Assembly (NCBI GenBank): GCA_902478885.1
Contig: CABSMS010000001.1
Coordinates: 1 to 53,058, forward strand
DNA: 53,058 nucleotides
Origin: an uncultured Collinsella sp.
GTDB lineage: Bacteria; Actinomycetota; Coriobacteriia; Coriobacteriales; Coriobacteriaceae
Direction: 5' to 3'
Part shown: positions 49,740 through 53,058 of the stretch, one piece after another
How the letters are laid out: each line of letters starts with the position of its first letter
Numbering within the stretch: position 1 is the stretch's first letter
The notes under the pieces: generated by a model
Databases searched by the model: none
Seen by the model: only the letters and a program-made list of their open reading frames with translations
What the model was told of the DNA's origin: nothing
Program-made: the position numbers and the translations under genes

Positions 49740-51917
49740 ATGAACCTCCGCTCATCTCTTGCCTGCACCTCGAGCGATATCGCCCGCTGGGGATTGCGCT
49801 CCGTCCTTAAGCGCCAGGGCGGCGTACTCCCCGGCCGCATCGCCATGAAAATCGACCCCGAGCTGCTAAGCGACCTCGCGGACCTTGTCGACCGCAGCGT
49901 GGTGATCACCGGCACCAACGGCAAGACCACCACCTCCAACCTCATCGCCGACGCCGTTGCCGCTAGCGGCGCCACCGTGGTATGCAACCGCGCCGGAAAC
50001 AACATGGAGCCGGGCGTGGTGGGTGCACTGCTCGAGAGCCGCAGCGATCTTAAGCGTGCCGGCAGCGGCAAGCGCGTAGGCGTCTTTGAGTGCGACGAGC
50101 TCTACACGGTGCGCGTCCTGCCCAAGCTCAAGCCGACCTACTTTGTGCTGCTCAACCTGTTCCGCGACCAGCTGGACCGCTACGGCGAGATCGACCACAC
50201 CCAGGACGTCATCGCCCACGCACTGGAGCTTTCGCCGGCAACGACGCTCATCTATAACGCCGACGATCCGCTGTGCGCCTCGATCGCCGCGCGCGTCCCC
50301 AACATGAGCATCGCCTTTGGCATCGACGGCGCCACGGGCACCGAGTCCGATCGCATTAGTGACTCGCGTTTTTGCTCGCAGTGCAACGCGCCGCTGGAGT
50401 ACGACTATGTGCAGTACGGCCAGCTCGGAGCCTATCATTGTCCTTCGTGCGGCTGGAGTCGTCCCGCGCTGCTCCGTCGCGTGACGGACGTTGAGCTCAC
50501 CTGCAACGGCTACGGCTTTGACCTGAACTTTGGACCCGATACCGACGCACCCACAACGCACATCGCCACGCGCTACAACGGCCTGTACATGGTCTACAAC
50601 GTTGCCGCCGCCTTCTTTGCGGCGCGCGAGCTGGGCGTAGACGCGGCGCATCTGCAGCCCACGCTCGATGCCTATGTCCCCGCCGGCGGACGCATGGGCC
50701 GCTGGGAGATCGCCGGCCGTACCGTCGAGGCAAACCTGGCCAAAAATCCCGTGGGCTTCGATCGCCAGATCCAGTCCATTAAAACGGCAGGCGGCAGGCT
50801 CTGTGCCTTCTTCCTGAACGACAACGACGCCGACGGTCACGATGTCTCGTGGATCTACGACGTCGACTTCGAGCGCATCGCCGATACCCCAGGGCTTGTC
50901 GCCTTTGTCGGAGGTACGCGCGCGCACGATATGCAGGTACGCCTGAAGTACGCCGGCATCGACGCCGCCATCATCTCGAATATCGAGCAGGCGATCGGCG
51001 CCGTGGCAGACGAGGAGGCTGGCGATACTTTCTACGCCGTCGCCAACTACACGGCCTTCCCACCACTGGTCAAGGAGCTCGACGAGCTTAAGGGCGCCGA
51101 TGCGAGCTCGGTCACCTCCCACGCCGTAACACGCGCCAATGGCAGCGCTGTCCCCACCGATATTGCGCCGGTCGAGCTTTCGCGCCCGCTGCGCATCGTC
51201 TACCTGTATCCCGATGCCCTCAACCTCTATGGCGACGGCGGCAACGTCATTGCCCTCGAGCGCCGCTGCGCCTGGCGCGGCATTCCCGCGCGCGTGGACG
51301 AGGTCCGCATGGGCGAGACGCTCGATCTCACCGACGCCGACATCGTCATGATGGGCGGTGGCTCCGACCGCGACCAGCTGGCCGTGGCACACGAGCTGTT
51401 CGCTCAAAAAGACAAGGTCGCGGCCTATGTTGAGGATGGCGGATCGCTGCTTGCTATCTGCGGCAGCTATCAGCTGCTCGGCCGTTCGTACTATATGGGC
51501 GAGAATCGCATCGAGGGCCTGGGCGTCATTGCCGCCGAGACTGTGCGCGGCTCCGACCGCCTGATCGGCAACGTCGCCGTCAAGACCGACCTGGCACCCG
51601 AGCCCTTTGTGGGATTTGAGAACCACGGCGGCCGCACCCTGCTCGATGCAGAGGCCACGCCGCTCGGAACGTCCGTTGTCACGGGCACCGGCAACAACGG
51701 CGACGATGGCTTTGAGGGCCTCATCTACAAGGGCGTCATCGGCACGTACCTACACGGACCGGCACTGCCCAAGAACCCCGAGTTCGCCGACTGGCTCATC
51801 GCCCACGCCCTCGAGCGCCGTGGCGACGCACAGGCCGCCGCCCTGCTGCCGCTCAAACCCCTCGACGACACCTACGAGCACGCCGCCCACGACGCCGCGA
51901 TGAAGCTCCTCCCCTAA
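49740..51917 (+). CDS. Fused MurT-GatD lipid II isoglutaminyl synthase
   Basis: TGTNGKTT, LFRDQLDRYGE, CxxC...CxxC, AKNP, DVSWIYD; then NLYGDGGN, AICGSYQ, FENH, TYLHGP. Confidence 0.9.
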   Translation: MNLRSSLACTSSDIARWGLRSVLKRQGGVLPGRIAMKIDPELLSDLADLVDRSVVITGTNGKTTTSNLIADAVAASGATVVCNRAGNNMEPGVVGALLESRSDLKRAGSGKRVGVFECDELYTVRVLPKLKPTYFVLLNLFRDQLDRYGEIDHTQDVIAHALELSPATTLIYNADDPLCASIAARVPNMSIAFGIDGATGTESDRISDSRFCSQCNAPLEYDYVQYGQLGAYHCPSCGWSRPALLRRVTDVELTCNGYGFDLNFGPDTDAPTTHIATRYNGLYMVYNVAAAFFAARELGVDAAHLQPTLDAYVPAGGRMGRWEIAGRTVEANLAKNPVGFDRQIQSIKTAGGRLCAFFLNDNDADGHDVSWIYDVDFERIADTPGLVAFVGGTRAHDMQVRLKYAGIDAAIISNIEQAIGAVADEEAGDTFYAVANYTAFPPLVKELDELKGADASSVTSHAVTRANGSAVPTDIAPVELSRPLRIVYLYPDALNLYGDGGNVIALERRCAWRGIPARVDEVRMGETLDLTDADIVMMGGGSDRDQLAVAHELFAQKDKVAAYVEDGGSLLAICGSYQLLGRSYYMGENRIEGLGVIAAETVRGSDRLIGNVAVKTDLAPEPFVGFENHGGRTLLDAEATPLGTSVVTGTGNNGDDGFEGLIYKGVIGTYLHGPALPKNPEFADWLIAHALERRGDAQAAALLPLKPLDDTYEHAAHDAAMKLLP

Positions 51918-51975
51918 CGCCCCACCGCCACAAAGGGGACAGGCACCTTTGTGGCGATTTTGATCTGCCACGGCA

Positions 51976-52121
51976 GTTTGTCTCAATCTGTAACATTTAG
52001 ACCGTTAAAAGTCGTCTTACTGTTACAGAATGAGATGTTCGTCCCGATGCCCGCCGTTTGTCTCGATCTGTAACACATAGAGCCGATTTGCCTGCCCAGA
52101 TGTTACAGATTGAGATGTTTG
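51976..52121. repeat. Two 80-bp-period units, each an imperfect inverted repeat
   Basis: tctcaatctgtaaca...tgttacagaatgaga and tctcgatctgtaaca...tgttacagattgaga. Confidence 0.8.
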
Positions 52122-52216
52122 AAGATCGGGATAGAGAGTCAGCTCCTGTGTGGTGGTTTTCCAGTTTGCCAACGATATACGCGCCGGCAAAAAAGTCTGC
52201 TATACTCTTTCCCGCT

Positions 52217-52293
52217 GTCCCCATCGTCTAGCGGCCAAGGACGCCACCCTTTCAAGGTGGATATCGCGGGTTCGAATCCCGCTGGGGGCACCA
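52217..52293 (+). tRNA. tRNA-Glu (TTC)
   Basis: Acceptor gtcccca/tgggggc, anticodon arm ccacc-ctTTCaa-ggtgg, GGTTCGAATCC, encoded CCA. Confidence 0.95.
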
Positions 52294-52481
52294 CAGAATC
52301 TGAGAAGCCCGTTACCAATTCGGTAGCGGGCTTTTTTCTGCCTCAACGCCGGGATTCGAACCCGGCAGGGTGCGGAGCTGAGGAAACGCGAAGCGTTTTC
52401 CAGCGCAGCACGCAAGGAGCGGAGCGACGCAGCGAAAGCGGGCAGCGCCAGCCGCACGCGGACATCCCGCTGGGGGCACCA
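52276..52481 (+). repeat. 18-bp direct repeat of the tRNA 3' end flanking a 170-bp mini-element
   Basis: atcccgctgggggcacca at 52276-52293 and 52464-52481. Confidence 0.85.
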
Positions 52482-52569
52482 ACTCAAAAATGTACGAACC
52501 CGTGCGAGTTACCATCGCACGGGTTCGTTCTATTTTGACATTAGATGAAGAGGACTCCGGGCCCTTGCG

Positions 52570-53058
52570 CTAGATAAACAGCTCGCACTCCTTCCGCTCA
52601 GAGCAGGCTTTGCTCAACATCTTGGTAGCCGCAGAGAGCATGACGGGATTTACCGCACGAGCACCTCGCGGGCATACAGACACGCAGCGCATGCAAGAGA
52701 TGCAGGCCTTTTTATCCACCCGCTTAGGATCGTCTTTATCGATAGCGCCAACGGGACACGCTGCGGCACAAGCTCCGCAGGCGGTGCATCCCCTTGTGAC
52801 CTTAGGTACCATACCGGCGCCCCCAGCTTTCTTATAAGGACGATTACCCGGAATAGCCGGCTCAGAAGCATCTCCTGCAGATATCTTTTGCTGAATCTGA
52901 TTCGCAAACCCAGCGAGCTGCGCAGCGTCCTGTCGGTCTGGTCGGCCGGCGGCAAACTGGCGAACAATAGAATGCTCGGCGATGGCTGAAACCGCCGCGA
53001 TCACCCGAAAGCCCGCGCCCTTTGCCGCGTCTTCAAGCTCGACCAGCGTGTCCTCATA
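52570..53058 (-). CDS. Flavodoxin-like/4Fe-4S ferredoxin (EFR1-like); 5' end outside the window
   Basis: YEDTLVEL, AEHS, GRPD, CTACGACAAACP, CISCMRCVSVCP. Confidence 0.8.
   Translation of the reverse strand, partial: YEDTLVELEDAAKGAGFRVIAAVSAIAEHSIVRQFAAGRPDRQDAAQLAGFANQIQQKISAGDASEPAIPGNRPYKKAGGAGMVPKVTRGCTACGACAAACPVGAIDKDDPKRVDKKACISCMRCVSVCPRGARAVNPVMLSAATKMLSKACSERKECELFI

Noticed and set aside
51976..52121. Possible CRISPR array
   Set aside because: Only two units, boxes alternate in orientation, and no cas genes are present

Overview
High-GC bacterial chromosome window; gene content and style suggest a gut Coriobacteriia such as Collinsella (inference, not a database result). Housekeeping genes (dus, an atypical type IIA topoisomerase pair, guaA, asparaginase, ychF, glycerol and alcohol dehydrogenases, a murT-gatD fusion, tRNA-Glu) flank a mosaic accessory region (~20.8-36.8 kb) just downstream of guaA. 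That region holds two extra copies of the guaA 3' end, each attached to the same ~195-bp arm, which suggests tandem integration events although no integrase is visible. It also holds a duplicated yjdF riboswitch/yjdF module, three tandem class-M-like sirtuins, redox/detox genes and several pseudogenes. The best candidate for a new system is a ToxN/TenpN-like gene (36083-36532, minus strand) whose leader lacks sequence repeats but contains two H-type pseudoknots of equivalent structure and different sequence, followed by a GC hairpin: an apparent type III toxin-antitoxin variant. No CRISPR array or intact transposase/integrase was seen.
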